Source: Alphaproteobacteria bacterium (GTDB lineage Bacteria > Pseudomonadota > Alphaproteobacteria > Bin95). From it: a stretch of 64,000 nt of DNA. Location: contig OZ244951.1 in NCBI GenBank assembly GCA_965222315.1, positions 1,999,893-2,063,892 of the forward strand, in the 5' to 3' direction. The notes under the pieces are model-generated. The model was not told the DNA's origin and made no database searches. It saw only the letters and a program-made list of their open reading frames with translations. Below are positions 9,563 to 19,840 of the stretch, piece by piece (positions within the stretch are counted from its first letter, which is position 1; every line of letters begins with the position of its first letter). The translations under genes and the position numbers were made by a program.

Positions 9563-10948
9563 GTGAGCCAGACGCCCATGACGTTCCTTCCCAATTCACT
9601 GTCCGCCCGTGACATCGCGGCCATTGTCCATCCGCAAACCGATCTGCGCAGTCATCTGGAGCGCGGGCCGGATGTGATCACTCGCGGCAGCGGCGTGCGC
9701 ATTTTTGATGAGGACGGCAAGGAATTTATCGACGGCGCGGCGGGGCTCTGGTGCGCGTCTCTGGGCTTTGCATCGGAGAGGCTGGCCAAGGTCGCCTACG
9801 ACCAGATGGTCAAACTCGGCTACTATCATCTTTACCGCCATAATTCGAACGAGCCGAGCGTCCTTCTGGCGGAAGAACTCCTGAAAATTGCGCCGGTACC
9901 AATGGCGAAGGTGTTGTTCCAATGCTCCGGCTCGGAGGCGAATGACGCCGCGATCAAGCTCGCCTGGTACTATTTTGCTGCTCAGGGAAAGCCAGAGAAG
10001 ATCAAGATTATTGGCCGGCAGCGCGGCTATCACGGCTCTACCGCTGCGGCGATCAGCGTGTCGGGCAAGCCGGACATGCATGCGGACTTCAACCTGCCCT
10101 TCGCCATGTTCCGGCACACCAGCTTCCCACACTACTACGCGCAGCACCTGGACGGGGAGAGCGAAGAGGATTTCGCGACCCGTATGGCCCAGGACCTGGA
10201 AGATCTCATCCTGGCCGAAGGGCCGGAAACCGTTGCCGCGTTCTTCGCCGAACCGGTGATGGGCGCGGGCGGCGGTATCGTGCCGCCTGTCACCTATTTC
10301 ACCAAGATCCAAGCAGTGTTGGGCAAGTACGACGTGCTGTTCGTAGCCGACGAGGTCATCTGTGGTTTCGGGCGGACGGGCAAAATGTGGGGCAGCCAGA
10401 CGTTCGACCTGCAACCGGATATGATCTCTTCCGCCAAGGCACTATCTGCGGCGATGCAGCCCATCTCCGCGCTGCTTATCAACCAACGGGTGTATGAGGG
10501 GATGTTGAGCGAAAGCGACAAGCTCGGCAGCTTCGCTCATGGCTCAACCTATGCCGGACACCCTGTTGCGGCGGCGGTCGCGCTGGAAACACTGAAGATC
10601 TATGAGGAGATCGATGTTGTTGGCCGCGCACGGGAGATGGGCGCGATCCTGAACGAAAGGCTGGCTGTGCTGGAAAGCCACCCGCTGGTCGGCAACGCCA
10701 ACGGCGTTGGCCTGATGGGCGGGCTGGAATTGGTGGCGGACAAGGAAACCCGAACGCCATTCCCGGCGGCCGAACAGGTCGGGTCCCGTGTTGGCGATGC
10801 TGCGCGTGAACGCGGCCTGATCTGCCGTATCGTTGGCGACCGGGTCGTGTTCTCCCCGCCGCTGGTTATCACCGGTGACGAGGTGCACGCGCTGGCCGAC
10901 AGACTCACCGGTGCGCTCGACCAGATTGCAGCAGAGTTGGACCGGTAG
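9563..10948 (+). CDS. Class III (omega) aminotransferase, PLP-dependent
   Basis: 461 aa with the aminotransferase III signature (FVADEVICGFGRTGKMWG) and the lysine-bearing SSAKALSA segment. Confidence 0.8.
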   Translation: MSQTPMTFLPNSLSARDIAAIVHPQTDLRSHLERGPDVITRGSGVRIFDEDGKEFIDGAAGLWCASLGFASERLAKVAYDQMVKLGYYHLYRHNSNEPSVLLAEELLKIAPVPMAKVLFQCSGSEANDAAIKLAWYYFAAQGKPEKIKIIGRQRGYHGSTAAAISVSGKPDMHADFNLPFAMFRHTSFPHYYAQHLDGESEEDFATRMAQDLEDLILAEGPETVAAFFAEPVMGAGGGIVPPVTYFTKIQAVLGKYDVLFVADEVICGFGRTGKMWGSQTFDLQPDMISSAKALSAAMQPISALLINQRVYEGMLSESDKLGSFAHGSTYAGHPVAAAVALETLKIYEEIDVVGRAREMGAILNERLAVLESHPLVGNANGVGLMGGLELVADKETRTPFPAAEQVGSRVGDAARERGLICRIVGDRVVFSPPLVITGDEVHALADRLTGALDQIAAELDR

Positions 10949-10962
10949 TAGTACTGGGAAAT

Positions 10963-10985
10963 GAATGCTGCTGGATTAAGCATTC
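10963..10985 (+). terminator. Putative rho-independent terminator after the aminotransferase gene
   Basis: Hairpin GAATGCT-GCTGGATTA-AGCATTC followed by TTATAAAATT, read directly at the start of an unusually AT-rich intergenic island. Confidence 0.4.
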
Positions 10986-11169
10986 TTATAAAATTGTGAA
11001 TAGCAACATATGGTTGCTGCATTACTCTCCTGATTATGCCAGATTAATGTTCCGGTTTAGGCCGCCATTAGAATGTGCTAGAGCCGTGCGCGGTTTGCGT
11101 GACCAATTTCATAGGTGGGCAGCACACGGTAAGGGCATATAGGCGTTGTTCATATGGAGAGTTGCGACA

Positions 11170-14100
11170 ATGACAATAGATCAAAACAATAGCGGCGTCT
11201 CTGCAACGTCCGGTTCCGGCGGCGGCTTCCTTTCCGGTGAGGTAATCGTTCGCTTTGGCGACAGCAGCCTGAGCCAGGAGGCGAAAAGCGCCCTCCGCGA
11301 TTCTGTTGGCGCAGAATTGGTGTCGTCCACCCAGAAATGGGGTTTCGAGCTCTGGCAGTTTGATGGTGTTGCAACTGATGTCGCCATCGAGCAATTGCAT
11401 GCAAGCGGCGTTGCGGACTACGCCGAGTATGTCCAGGCCAACTATGTGCTTACGGCGGCGGACTTTGAAGCCGAAGCCACGATCCCGACAGACCCGCAGT
11501 TCGGCAACCTCTGGGGCCTGAACAATACGGGCCAATCCAACGGCACCGTCGATGCGGACATCGATGCGCCGGAAGCCTGGGATGTCAGCACAGGCGCGGG
11601 CGTCGTCGTTGCCGTGATCGACAGCGGCGTCGATTACAACCATCCCGATCTGATGAACCAGATGTGGATCAATACCGGCGAGATTGCGGGCAACGGTATC
11701 GACGACGACAATAACGGCTTCGTCGATGACTATTATGGCTACGACTTCGCCAATGACGATGGCGACCCATGGGACGACGACAGCCACGGCACGCACGTCG
11801 CGGGCACCATCGCCGCCCAGGCAAACAATGGGACGGGCATCACGGGTGTAGCCTACGACGCCGATATTATGGCGCTGAAGTTCCTGGATGCTACCGGCTC
11901 CGGCAGCACTTTCGATGCGATCCGCGCGATTGAATATGCAACGCTGATGGGAGCCGACATTACCAATAACAGCTGGGGCGGCGGCGGCTTTTCTCAGGCG
12001 CTCTACGACGCAATTGATTTGTCGGGACAGGGTGGTTCGTTGTTCGTCGCGGCTGCCGGCAATGGCGGCGCGGATCAAATTGGCGACAACAATGACAACC
12101 TGCCGCACTATCCGTCCAACTATGACTTGAGCAACCTCATTTCGGTTGCTGCCACCGACCGGAATGACAATCTGACGTCGTTCTCGAATTTTGGCGCAAC
12201 TGCCGTGGACCTTGCGGCCCCCGGCAGTTCCATCCTCAGCAGCGTGCCTGGCGGCGGTTACGCATGGTTCAACGGCACGTCGATGGCGACACCTCACGTC
12301 GCGGGCGTTGCTGCTTTGCTGCTCGCCAGCGAGCCGGGCCTGACGCCGGAACAGGTCAAAGACCGCATTCTGGACTCGGTCGATCCGCTTCCCGGTCTGG
12401 ATGGCATTACCGTGACGGGCGGCCGCCTGAACGCCGCCAATACGCTTGCACCGCCGCAGCCGGGCTCGATTTCCGGCACGGTTTGGGACGATGCCGACAA
12501 TGACGGTGTGCAGGATGCTGGCGAGGCTGGCCTGTCCGGCTGGACCGTATTCTTGGATGCCAACCAGAACGGTAGTCTGGACGGGGGGGAAGCCACCGCA
12601 ACCACCAATGGAGCCGGGGACTACACGTTCTCCAATGTTGCCCCTGGCTCTTATCAGGTGCAGCAGGTTGTGCAGAGCGGCTGGACGCAGACAGCGCCAC
12701 TTTTTGCGGGAAATTATGCCTATTCAGACAGCAATAGTGCAGGCGGGCCTGCCTATAACTGGTTCGACATTTCCGGTGTCGGCACGCAGATTGCGCTGAC
12801 TGACGATTCATTCGCGACGGTTGCCTTGCCCTTCTCGTTCGATTTTTATGAGCAGACTGAAACGTCGGTGAAGATTTCCTCCAACGGATACCTGACCTTC
12901 GGCGCGGACGGAACGGACTACAGCAACGAAGCCATCCCCAGTGCGACGGACCCGGACGCGATTATCGCGCCGTTCTGGGATGACCTGAACCCGGGGAATG
13001 GCGGCAACATTTACTATTACGATGACGCAGCCAACAACCGCTTCATTGTGGAATATGACAGCATCCAACCCTATGCCGGTTCGGGCAACTATACCTTCCA
13101 GGCGATCCTGAATGCGGACGGCAGCATCGGATTCCAATACCAGGCGATGAGCGGGACGCTAAATAGCGCAACCATCGGTATCGAAAATTACGCCGGCAAT
13201 GGTGGGTTGCAGGTCGCCTACAACGCCAACTACGTCCAGAATGGCCTTGCTGTGCTGATCGACGATGCGGCGGGTCAGCCGACTTTTAACGCAGTTACGG
13301 TGTCCAGCGGCCAGGCCGTCACGGGCGCCGACTTCGGCAACCACGATCCAAGCGGCGGCGGTGGTGGAAACCCCACCGACGACACGTTTATCGGCGGCGC
13401 AATCGACAATGTGTTCGACGGCGGTGGCGGCGATGACTCATTTTTGCTGCGGTACGGTAACGACACGGCTACCGGCGGCACGGGCGCGGATGAGTTCAAG
13501 ATTGACGGCCGCTTCGTCAACGATGGGGATGCGCACACCATTACCGACCTCACCTTCGGCGATGGTGACACGTTGGTGCTCCGGTTCTTCGAGCCGAACT
13601 CGTTCAGCAACGCGCCCGATCCTTCCAACCATCTGAATATCGGCAATAATGGTCGCACCGCAACGATCGACAGTATCGAGGACATCGTCGAAGCTCATGA
13701 CCATGGCGTTATGCAGGCATCCGACTCGGGCGACGGCGATACGCTGCTCAGCATCAGCGTTGCTGGTGATGAGGTGACTGTTGAACTGGACGGCATTTCC
13801 TTTGCCTCGCTCGGCATTGGCGGCGGTCCTCCGGTCGATCCATCGCCCGGCGATGATAGTTTTATTGGTGGCGGGGCGGATAATACCTTCCTGGGCTGGG
13901 GCGGGGACGACGACTTCCTGTTGCGCTATGGCAACGATACGGCTACCGGCGGCACAGGCGCGGACACGTTCAAGTTCGATGGCCGCTACGTCAACGACGG
14001 CGACTCGCACACCGTCACCGACCTCAATTTTGCCGAGGGCGACGTGATGATCATGCGCTTCTTTGAGACCGGCACGTTTGACAATGCGGTGGACCCGTCT

Positions 14101-14283
14101 AACCACCTGAGCGTCGGAAACAGTGGCGGCACTGCGACCTTCGACAGCGTAGAGGACATTTTGGAGGCGCACGCCAATGGCGTTATGACCGCTGCGGACG
14201 ACGGCTTTGGCGGTACGAACCTGAGTGTGTCCGTGGGCGGCGAGCTGTTGACCGTTACTCTGGACGGCTGGGATATCATTTAA
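11170..14283 (+). CDS. Subtilisin-like S8 serine peptidase with I9 propeptide, Cna-B/SdrD-like domain and C-terminal RTX-type calcium-binding repeat modules
   Basis: Catalytic triad regions VAVIDSGVDYNHPDL (Asp), HGTHVAGTIAA (His) and GTSMATPHVAGVAALL (Ser). No N-terminal hydrophobic signal peptide. GGxGxDxUx nonapeptides (GGGGDDSFL, GGTGADEFK, GGTGADTFK). The C-terminus ends ...TLDGWDII, resembling a type I secretion signal. Confidence 0.8.
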   Translation: MTIDQNNSGVSATSGSGGGFLSGEVIVRFGDSSLSQEAKSALRDSVGAELVSSTQKWGFELWQFDGVATDVAIEQLHASGVADYAEYVQANYVLTAADFEAEATIPTDPQFGNLWGLNNTGQSNGTVDADIDAPEAWDVSTGAGVVVAVIDSGVDYNHPDLMNQMWINTGEIAGNGIDDDNNGFVDDYYGYDFANDDGDPWDDDSHGTHVAGTIAAQANNGTGITGVAYDADIMALKFLDATGSGSTFDAIRAIEYATLMGADITNNSWGGGGFSQALYDAIDLSGQGGSLFVAAAGNGGADQIGDNNDNLPHYPSNYDLSNLISVAATDRNDNLTSFSNFGATAVDLAAPGSSILSSVPGGGYAWFNGTSMATPHVAGVAALLLASEPGLTPEQVKDRILDSVDPLPGLDGITVTGGRLNAANTLAPPQPGSISGTVWDDADNDGVQDAGEAGLSGWTVFLDANQNGSLDGGEATATTNGAGDYTFSNVAPGSYQVQQVVQSGWTQTAPLFAGNYAYSDSNSAGGPAYNWFDISGVGTQIALTDDSFATVALPFSFDFYEQTETSVKISSNGYLTFGADGTDYSNEAIPSATDPDAIIAPFWDDLNPGNGGNIYYYDDAANNRFIVEYDSIQPYAGSGNYTFQAILNADGSIGFQYQAMSGTLNSATIGIENYAGNGGLQVAYNANYVQNGLAVLIDDAAGQPTFNAVTVSSGQAVTGADFGNHDPSGGGGGNPTDDTFIGGAIDNVFDGGGGDDSFLLRYGNDTATGGTGADEFKIDGRFVNDGDAHTITDLTFGDGDTLVLRFFEPNSFSNAPDPSNHLNIGNNGRTATIDSIEDIVEAHDHGVMQASDSGDGDTLLSISVAGDEVTVELDGISFASLGIGGGPPVDPSPGDDSFIGGGADNTFLGWGGDDDFLLRYGNDTATGGTGADTFKFDGRYVNDGDSHTVTDLNFAEGDVMIMRFFETGTFDNAVDPSNHLSVGNSGGTATFDSVEDILEAHANGVMTAADDGFGGTNLSVSVGGELLTVTLDGWDII
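13375..14280 (+). repeat. Tandem duplication of a ~150-aa RTX-containing module inside the subtilase gene
   Basis: Unit 1 (DDTFIGGAIDNVFDGGGGDDSFLLRYGNDTATGGTGADEFKIDGRFVNDGDAHTITDL...) and unit 2 (DDSFIGGGADNTFLGWGGDDDFLLRYGNDTATGGTGADTFKFDGRYVNDGDSHTVTDL...) align end to end at roughly 60-65% identity. Confidence 0.6.
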
Positions 14284-14309
14284 AATCAGCCTCTGTTAGG
14301 ATTGCGTGA

Positions 14310-14342
14310 GCCGGTCCGGACGGTGTGTCCGGGCCGGTTTTC
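14310..14342 (+). terminator. Rho-independent terminator downstream of the subtilase gene
   Basis: GC-rich hairpin GCCGGTCCGGAC-GGTG-TGTCCGGGCCGG followed by TTTTCCGTTTC. Confidence 0.5.
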
Positions 14343-14414
14343 CGTTTCAGGTCTTGAGAATCTTGGCCGGTTGGCCGAGCCTGTCGCAACCCTTTCACAT
14401 GGAAGCATTGCCCG

Positions 14415-16670
14415 TTGAGCGACAGCGATATTCCCACGCCCGACAATGATGATGGCCCTACCGGGCGCGATCCCATCCGCCCAGTAGGTTTCGAACAGGC
14501 CCTGTCGGAGCGGTATCTGGCCTATGCGCTCTCCACCATCATGTCGCGCTCCCTGCCGGATGTCCGCGATGGGTTGAAGCCGGTGCACCGCCGGCTGCTC
14601 TACGCCATGCGCGAACTGGGGCTGAACCCGCGCGCGGGCTTCAAAAAATGTGCCCGGGTTGTCGGCGACGTGATGGGTAAGTTCCATCCGCATGGCGACG
14701 CCGCCATTTACGACGCCATGGTGCGGCTCGCCCAGGAATTTGCCGTGCGCTACCCGCTGGTCGAGGGCCAAGGCAATTTCGGCAATATCGACGGCGATAA
14801 CGCCGCCGCCATGCGCTACACCGAAGCGCGCCTGACCGCCGTCGCCGAGGCGCTGCTCGAAGGCATCGGGGAAGACGCGGTCGACTTCCGCGACACCTAT
14901 GACGGGGAGGGGGCAGAGCCCGTTGTTCTGCCCGCCGCCTTCCCGAACCTGCTGGCCAATGGTTCGCAGGGCATTGCGGTGGGCATGGCGACCAACATCC
15001 CGCCGCACAATGCCGACGAGCTTTGTGCCGCCCTGCTGCTGCTGATCAAGAACCCGGATGCGTCGCTCGCGCAGGTGATGAAGCGCCTGCCTGGGCCTGA
15101 CTTCCCCACAGGCGGCATTCTGGTGGAGGATACCGACAAGATCCGTCAGGCCTACGAGACCGGCCGGGGCTCGCTGCGCCTGCGCGCGCGGTGGGAGAAG
15201 GAAGACCTCGGCCGTGGCACCTGGCAGGCCGTGGTGACCGAAATCCCCTACCAGGTGCAGAAGAGCCGTCTGGTGGAGAAAATGGCGGAGCTGTTGGAGG
15301 CGCGGAAACTGCCGCTGCTCGCCGACGTACGCGACGAGTCGGCGGAGGACGTGCGTCTGGTGTTGGTGCCGCGCACCCGCACCATTCCGCCGGAAGCTCT
15401 CATGGAGTCCCTGTTCCAGCAAACCGAACTGGAAACACGCTTCGGCCTGAACATGAACGTGCTGGATGGTGGCACGGTTCCACGGCTGATGGGCGTGATC
15501 GAGGTGCTGAAGGCTTTCCTCGACCATCGGCTGGAGGTGCTGGAGCGCCGTACCCGCCACCGGCTTGGCCAGATCGCCCACCGGCTGGAGGTGCTGGCAG
15601 GCTACCTGATCGTCTATGCCAATCTGGACGAGGTGATCGCCCTCATCCGCGCTTCCGAGGAGCCGAAGCCCGCCCTTATGGCGCGCTGGGACCTGACCGA
15701 AGTCCAGGCCGACGCGATCCTGAACATGCGGCTGCGTGCGCTTGCCAAGCTCGAGGAAATCGAGATCCGCAAGGAATATGACGCGCTCGCGGGAGAGCAG
15801 GCCGAGTTGGAGGCTCTGCTCGGCAGCGAGGAGTTGCAGTGGGAAAAGATCGCTGAACAGGTCGAAGAGACCCGGCAGAAATTCGGCCGCAAGACCGAAC
15901 TCGGCAAGCGCCGGACCACCATCGCCGACGCCCCGGAAGAAATCGACCTCTCCGTCGAAGCGCTGGTGGAACGTGAGCCGATCACCGTGGTTGTCTCGGA
16001 GCAGGGCTGGGTGCGCGCCTTGAAAGGCCACCTCGCGCCGGATGCGGACGTAAAATACAAGGACGGTGACGGTGAGCGCTTCCGTCTTCCGTGCCAGACC
16101 ACCGACCGCATCCTGCTGTTCACGGCATCGGGCCGGGTCCATACATTGACTGCCGATAAGCTGCCGGGCGGTCGCGGGCAGGGCGAACCCCTGCGCCTGT
16201 TGGTCGGCCTCGCTGCGGAGGACACGCCGGTCGCAATGCTTCTGGCAACGAAAGGGCAGCAACTCATCCTGGCCTCCAGTGATGGCCGCGGCTTCCGGAT
16301 CGATGCGGAGGCTTGCATTGCCCAGACCAAAAACGGCCGTCAGGTGATGAACCCGGTGGGCGGGGCTTCTCTAAGCTGTGTCGTGCCTGTAGCGGGCGAT
16401 CATGTGGCGGCAATCGGCGACAATCGCCGCCTATTGGTGTTCCCGCTGGATGAACTGCCGGAGATGACTCGCGGCAGGGGAGTGATGCTCCAGCGCTACA
16501 AGGATGGCGGGCTGAGTGACGTCACAACCATTCTGCTGGCGGAGGACTTTTCCTGGGAAGTCGGTGAGCGGACTTGGTCGAAGAATCTGGCGGATTGGCT
16601 CGGCAAGCGGGGTGCAACCGGCCGCCTGCCGCCTCGCGGCTTTCCATTGAACAATAAGTTCTTTACTTGA
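14415..16670 (+). CDS. parC: DNA topoisomerase IV subunit A
   Basis: 751 aa of the GyrA/ParC family ([21 protein letters not shown]...[10 protein letters not shown]). Its length matches alphaproteobacterial ParC rather than the ~900-aa GyrA. Confidence 0.8.
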   Translation: MSDSDIPTPDNDDGPTGRDPIRPVGFEQALSERYLAYALSTIMSRSLPDVRDGLKPVHRRLLYAMRELGLNPRAGFKKCARVVGDVMGKFHPHGDAAIYDAMVRLAQEFAVRYPLVEGQGNFGNIDGDNAAAMRYTEARLTAVAEALLEGIGEDAVDFRDTYDGEGAEPVVLPAAFPNLLANGSQGIAVGMATNIPPHNADELCAALLLLIKNPDASLAQVMKRLPGPDFPTGGILVEDTDKIRQAYETGRGSLRLRARWEKEDLGRGTWQAVVTEIPYQVQKSRLVEKMAELLEARKLPLLADVRDESAEDVRLVLVPRTRTIPPEALMESLFQQTELETRFGLNMNVLDGGTVPRLMGVIEVLKAFLDHRLEVLERRTRHRLGQIAHRLEVLAGYLIVYANLDEVIALIRASEEPKPALMARWDLTEVQADAILNMRLRALAKLEEIEIRKEYDALAGEQAELEALLGSEELQWEKIAEQVEETRQKFGRKTELGKRRTTIADAPEEIDLSVEALVEREPITVVVSEQGWVRALKGHLAPDADVKYKDGDGERFRLPCQTTDRILLFTASGRVHTLTADKLPGGRGQGEPLRLLVGLAAEDTPVAMLLATKGQQLILASSDGRGFRIDAEACIAQTKNGRQVMNPVGGASLSCVVPVAGDHVAAIGDNRRLLVFPLDELPEMTRGRGVMLQRYKDGGLSDVTTILLAEDFSWEVGERTWSKNLADWLGKRGATGRLPPRGFPLNNKFFT

Positions 16671-16686
16671 GGCGGGCCGCAGGGCT

Positions 16687-17748
16687 CTACCCGGCCCGCT
16701 GCAAATCCTGAATTACCTCGCGCAGCGCGCCGGCGTCGGCCTCGTTCTCGACCGGCATGGCGAATTCGATGGACGTGATGCAATCATCGTAGCGCTCATG
16801 CAGTTTGGCGGCGATGGTGTCATAAGTCCCTACAGTGACGAAGTCGTGGTAGAGGTCATCCGGCACCCACGCCTGCATCTCGTCCCAGCGTTGCGCTTTC
16901 GATAGTTGGGCCATCTCCGCTGCGAGGTCGCCATAGCCGTGAAGTTCAAAGGGGCGGCGATAGCTGGGGGTGGATGCGTAGAAGGCGATGCGGGCGCGGG
17001 TCTCATCGATCTTGGCGGCCAGCGCGTCTTCGGTGCGGGCAGCGGCGACCAGGGGTTTCATAGCGACCTGAAAGTGGTCGAGACTGCGACCGGCCTTGGC
17101 CGCCCCGCGCTCGGCCGCCGGTTGCATCACTTCCTTGATGTAGCGCGGCGTGCATACGGGGTGCGGCCGCATTCCATCCGCACACTCGCCGGAAATCCGG
17201 CACATGACTTCGTTTACCACGGCGACGTGGATCGGCGGCGGCGGGTGGTCGATGGGGCCCGGATCGAACAGCGGCACCATCAGCGAGAGATTGTAGCGCT
17301 CGCTCTCATAGTTAAGCTTTTCGCCCGTCTGCCACGTGTGCCAGACAGCCCGGACCGCGCCGATATAGTCCCGCATCCAGGGGCCGGGCGGGTGATACTC
17401 CATGCCGAAGCGGCGCATGATGTGTCCGCGCACCTGGCTGCCGAGGCCGAGCGTGAACCGTCCCTTCGAGAGGCGCTGTAGCGACCAGGCGCTCATGGCA
17501 GTGATGGCGGGCGCCCGTGGAAAGGCCATGGCGACGGAAGTGGCGAGCTTCAGCGTTGACGTGCCAGCCGCGGCGATGGCCATCACCTGGTATGGGTCAT
17601 CCTTGGTTTCCTCCACCACCAGCGTGTCGTAGCCGAGGTCTTCGACCTGTTTGGCGTCTTCCAGCAGGGTCGAGAGGTCGATGGCCTTGTCCGGCGCACG
17701 GATGCCCGGATCGGTTTTACCGAGGGGGAGATAGGTTTCGACTTTCAT
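16687..17748 (-). CDS. LLM-class (luciferase-like) flavin/F420-dependent oxidoreductase
   Basis: 353 aa of the TIM-barrel luciferase-like monooxygenase family. Confidence 0.7.
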   Translation of the reverse strand: MKVETYLPLGKTDPGIRAPDKAIDLSTLLEDAKQVEDLGYDTLVVEETKDDPYQVMAIAAAGTSTLKLATSVAMAFPRAPAITAMSAWSLQRLSKGRFTLGLGSQVRGHIMRRFGMEYHPPGPWMRDYIGAVRAVWHTWQTGEKLNYESERYNLSLMVPLFDPGPIDHPPPPIHVAVVNEVMCRISGECADGMRPHPVCTPRYIKEVMQPAAERGAAKAGRSLDHFQVAMKPLVAAARTEDALAAKIDETRARIAFYASTPSYRRPFELHGYGDLAAEMAQLSKAQRWDEMQAWVPDDLYHDFVTVGTYDTIAAKLHERYDDCITSIEFAMPVENEADAGALREVIQDLQRAG

Positions 17749-19061
17749 GAGCGTTGTGGCGTTTCCGTATTGGTTAGCGGTGGCGCAAAGAGTTGCACGG
17801 GGTCGGAAATACCCCGCAAGCGAAAGGAACCCAGCGCCTCCATCGGATCGTCTAAGAGCGCGGCGACCGGTTCCGTCACCAACAGAGGCCGCCGCAATTC
17901 CTTGGTCATTGTCTCAACCCGGGCCGCCACGTTTACCGCGGGACCGATCACCGTGAAATCCAGGCGGTCAGGCGAGCCGATATTGCCGAAGAACACTTCG
18001 CCCGTGTGGAGCGCCAAGCCAATGCGCAGTGGCTGCCAGCCACCGATTCCGGCCAGCGGTTCCGGCGGTTCGGCAGAGAGACGGGCAATGCGGTCGCGAG
18101 CGTTGCGGGCCGCAGCAAATGCCTGCCGTGCCGTTTCGCGGCGGGCCGTTTCAGGGCCGTTGGTGAAAACCGCGAGCAGCCCGTCACCCATGAATTTCAG
18201 CACTTCTCCACCCTGTTCCTGGATGGCGGCTACCAGCGCTTCGAAATAGGCGTTCAGCAACGCCAGCATATTTTGAGGCGTTAAGCGGCTGGAAAGCTCT
18301 GTGAACCCGCGCATGTCAGACACCAGAACCACCGCGTCGAGAGGCGCGCCCGTGCCGCGGGTAATGGAGCCGTCCAGGACTTGTCGCGCTGCATTTCGGC
18401 CCAGGTAGGCTGTGGCAATATTCTCTGACACCAATAAGGCCATCAATCGCGCCACATGAATGGCGAGCAACCGGACCAGATTGTTGATGATCTCAAACGA
18501 AGGGCCGGAAAGACCGCCCGCCTCCACTGAGGCCATGGTAACCGTCATACTCTCCCGGCGCAGACCTTCGATCGATGTCAGTGGCATCACCAGATAATCT
18601 TTGAAGCCGCGCTCCGCCAATTCGCCCATGATCGGAAACCGCTCCGCCATGGCCGGGTCCCGTGGATCACCATGCAGGGTCTCTCCATGCTCGATGGCTA
18701 GATAGAGCGGGCTCTTAAGGTAAGAGGGATGCTCCAAGGTATCCGGATGAATGCGAATTTCGTCGCAAAGGCCGTCGTCCGCTTCCCAAATCCAGGAGTG
18801 CCCCAGGAGTTGCGGATGCAAGGTACCGGCGGAGAACGCCAATCGGGTCACCGGCAGCCCTGCGGCGACCAGCCGCCAGCAAAACGCTTCGGCCAGATCC
18901 AGCATGTTTCGGCAGAGCAGGGCCTCGCCCAGCAGCCAGGTTTCGACATCCGCTGGTGTGGCCGTGGTCCCGGCAACCGGAGGACCGTTGGCCGCCCGGG
19001 CATTCAGTTCGATATTCGCAGCGTACTGCCGTGGGGCTGGATCGAAACGGTGTGGGTGCAT
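17745..19061 (-). CDS. Class III adenylate/guanylate cyclase with an N-terminal domain of unknown function
   Basis: The C-terminal CYC domain is visible (VVLVSDMRGFTELSS...LKFMGDGLLAVF...IGLHTGEVFFGNIGS...VIGPAVNVAARVE). The N-terminal ~200 aa is unassigned. Its start overlaps the preceding gene's stop by 4 nt. Confidence 0.7.
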   Translation of the reverse strand: MHPHRFDPAPRQYAANIELNARAANGPPVAGTTATPADVETWLLGEALLCRNMLDLAEAFCWRLVAAGLPVTRLAFSAGTLHPQLLGHSWIWEADDGLCDEIRIHPDTLEHPSYLKSPLYLAIEHGETLHGDPRDPAMAERFPIMGELAERGFKDYLVMPLTSIEGLRRESMTVTMASVEAGGLSGPSFEIINNLVRLLAIHVARLMALLVSENIATAYLGRNAARQVLDGSITRGTGAPLDAVVLVSDMRGFTELSSRLTPQNMLALLNAYFEALVAAIQEQGGEVLKFMGDGLLAVFTNGPETARRETARQAFAAARNARDRIARLSAEPPEPLAGIGGWQPLRIGLALHTGEVFFGNIGSPDRLDFTVIGPAVNVAARVETMTKELRRPLLVTEPVAALLDDPMEALGSFRLRGISDPVQLFAPPLTNTETPQRS

Positions 19062-19075
19062 GACAGGGGCGCGGC

Positions 19076-19840
19076 CTAGAGAAACACCGTGCCGCCATCC
19101 ACCATGATGGTCTGGCCGGTCACGAACTTGCTGGCGTCGCTGGCCAGATAGACGATGGTGCCGACTAGGTCCTTGGCCTCCAGGCTGCGCTGCAGGGCCT
19201 GGCCCTTTGCGATCACATCAGCGGCCTTGTCCAGGCGTTCACCGAAGAACTCCTTGGTGCCCTCGGTCATCACGGCGCTAGGGGCGACGGCGTTCACGCG
19301 GATCCAGTCGCGGCCGACCTCTCGGGCCATGGCGCGGGTCATGCCAATGACGGCACCCTTGCTCATGGCGTAGTGCACGCCGAAGGGAAAGCCATAGACG
19401 GCGGCCAGTGACGAAATATTGATGATGGAGCCGCCGCCTGCCGTCCGCATCGGCGCGATCACCGCCTTGCAGCAATGCCAGATGCCGGTGATGTTCACAT
19501 CCATCATCTTCTGCCATTCGGCAGGCTCCAGTGTTTCGAAGCGGCCGCCCTTCATGTCGGCATAGAGGGCGGCGTTGTTCACCAGCGCTTGGATGCCGCC
19601 GAACTGCTCAATGGCAGCGTCGGCCATCGCCTGACACGACGCCATGTCGGTAACATCCAGGCTCACACCGAGCGCATTGCCGCCTGCAGCTTCGATGGCG
19701 GCAACAATCTCGCCGCAATCGCGGATATCGCCGCAGACAACGTTCGCGCCCTCCTTCGCCAAGGCTTCGGCATAGGCGCGACCGAGCCCGCGGGCAGCCC
19801 CGGTGACAATCGCGGTTTTGCCCGTCATGGAGGTGGTCAT
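19076..19840 (-). CDS. SDR family oxidoreductase (short-chain dehydrogenase)
   Basis: TGAARGLG glycine motif near the N-terminus and a YxxxK-containing active site (VHYAMSKGAV). Confidence 0.8.
   Translation of the reverse strand: MTTSMTGKTAIVTGAARGLGRAYAEALAKEGANVVCGDIRDCGEIVAAIEAAGGNALGVSLDVTDMASCQAMADAAIEQFGGIQALVNNAALYADMKGGRFETLEPAEWQKMMDVNITGIWHCCKAVIAPMRTAGGGSIINISSLAAVYGFPFGVHYAMSKGAVIGMTRAMAREVGRDWIRVNAVAPSAVMTEGTKEFFGERLDKAADVIAKGQALQRSLEAKDLVGTIVYLASDASKFVTGQTIMVDGGTVFL

Noticed and set aside
14286-16262. 658-aa ORF antisense to parC; similar long antisense ORFs at 11068-12297, 3354-4241, 7654-8691, 9596-10414, 20274-21302, 21292-22338, 43736-44617, 61833-63014
   Set aside because: Arg/Ala/Gly-rich translations with no recognisable motifs, lying opposite well-supported genes. 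These are typical stop-codon-poor shadow ORFs of high-GC DNA.
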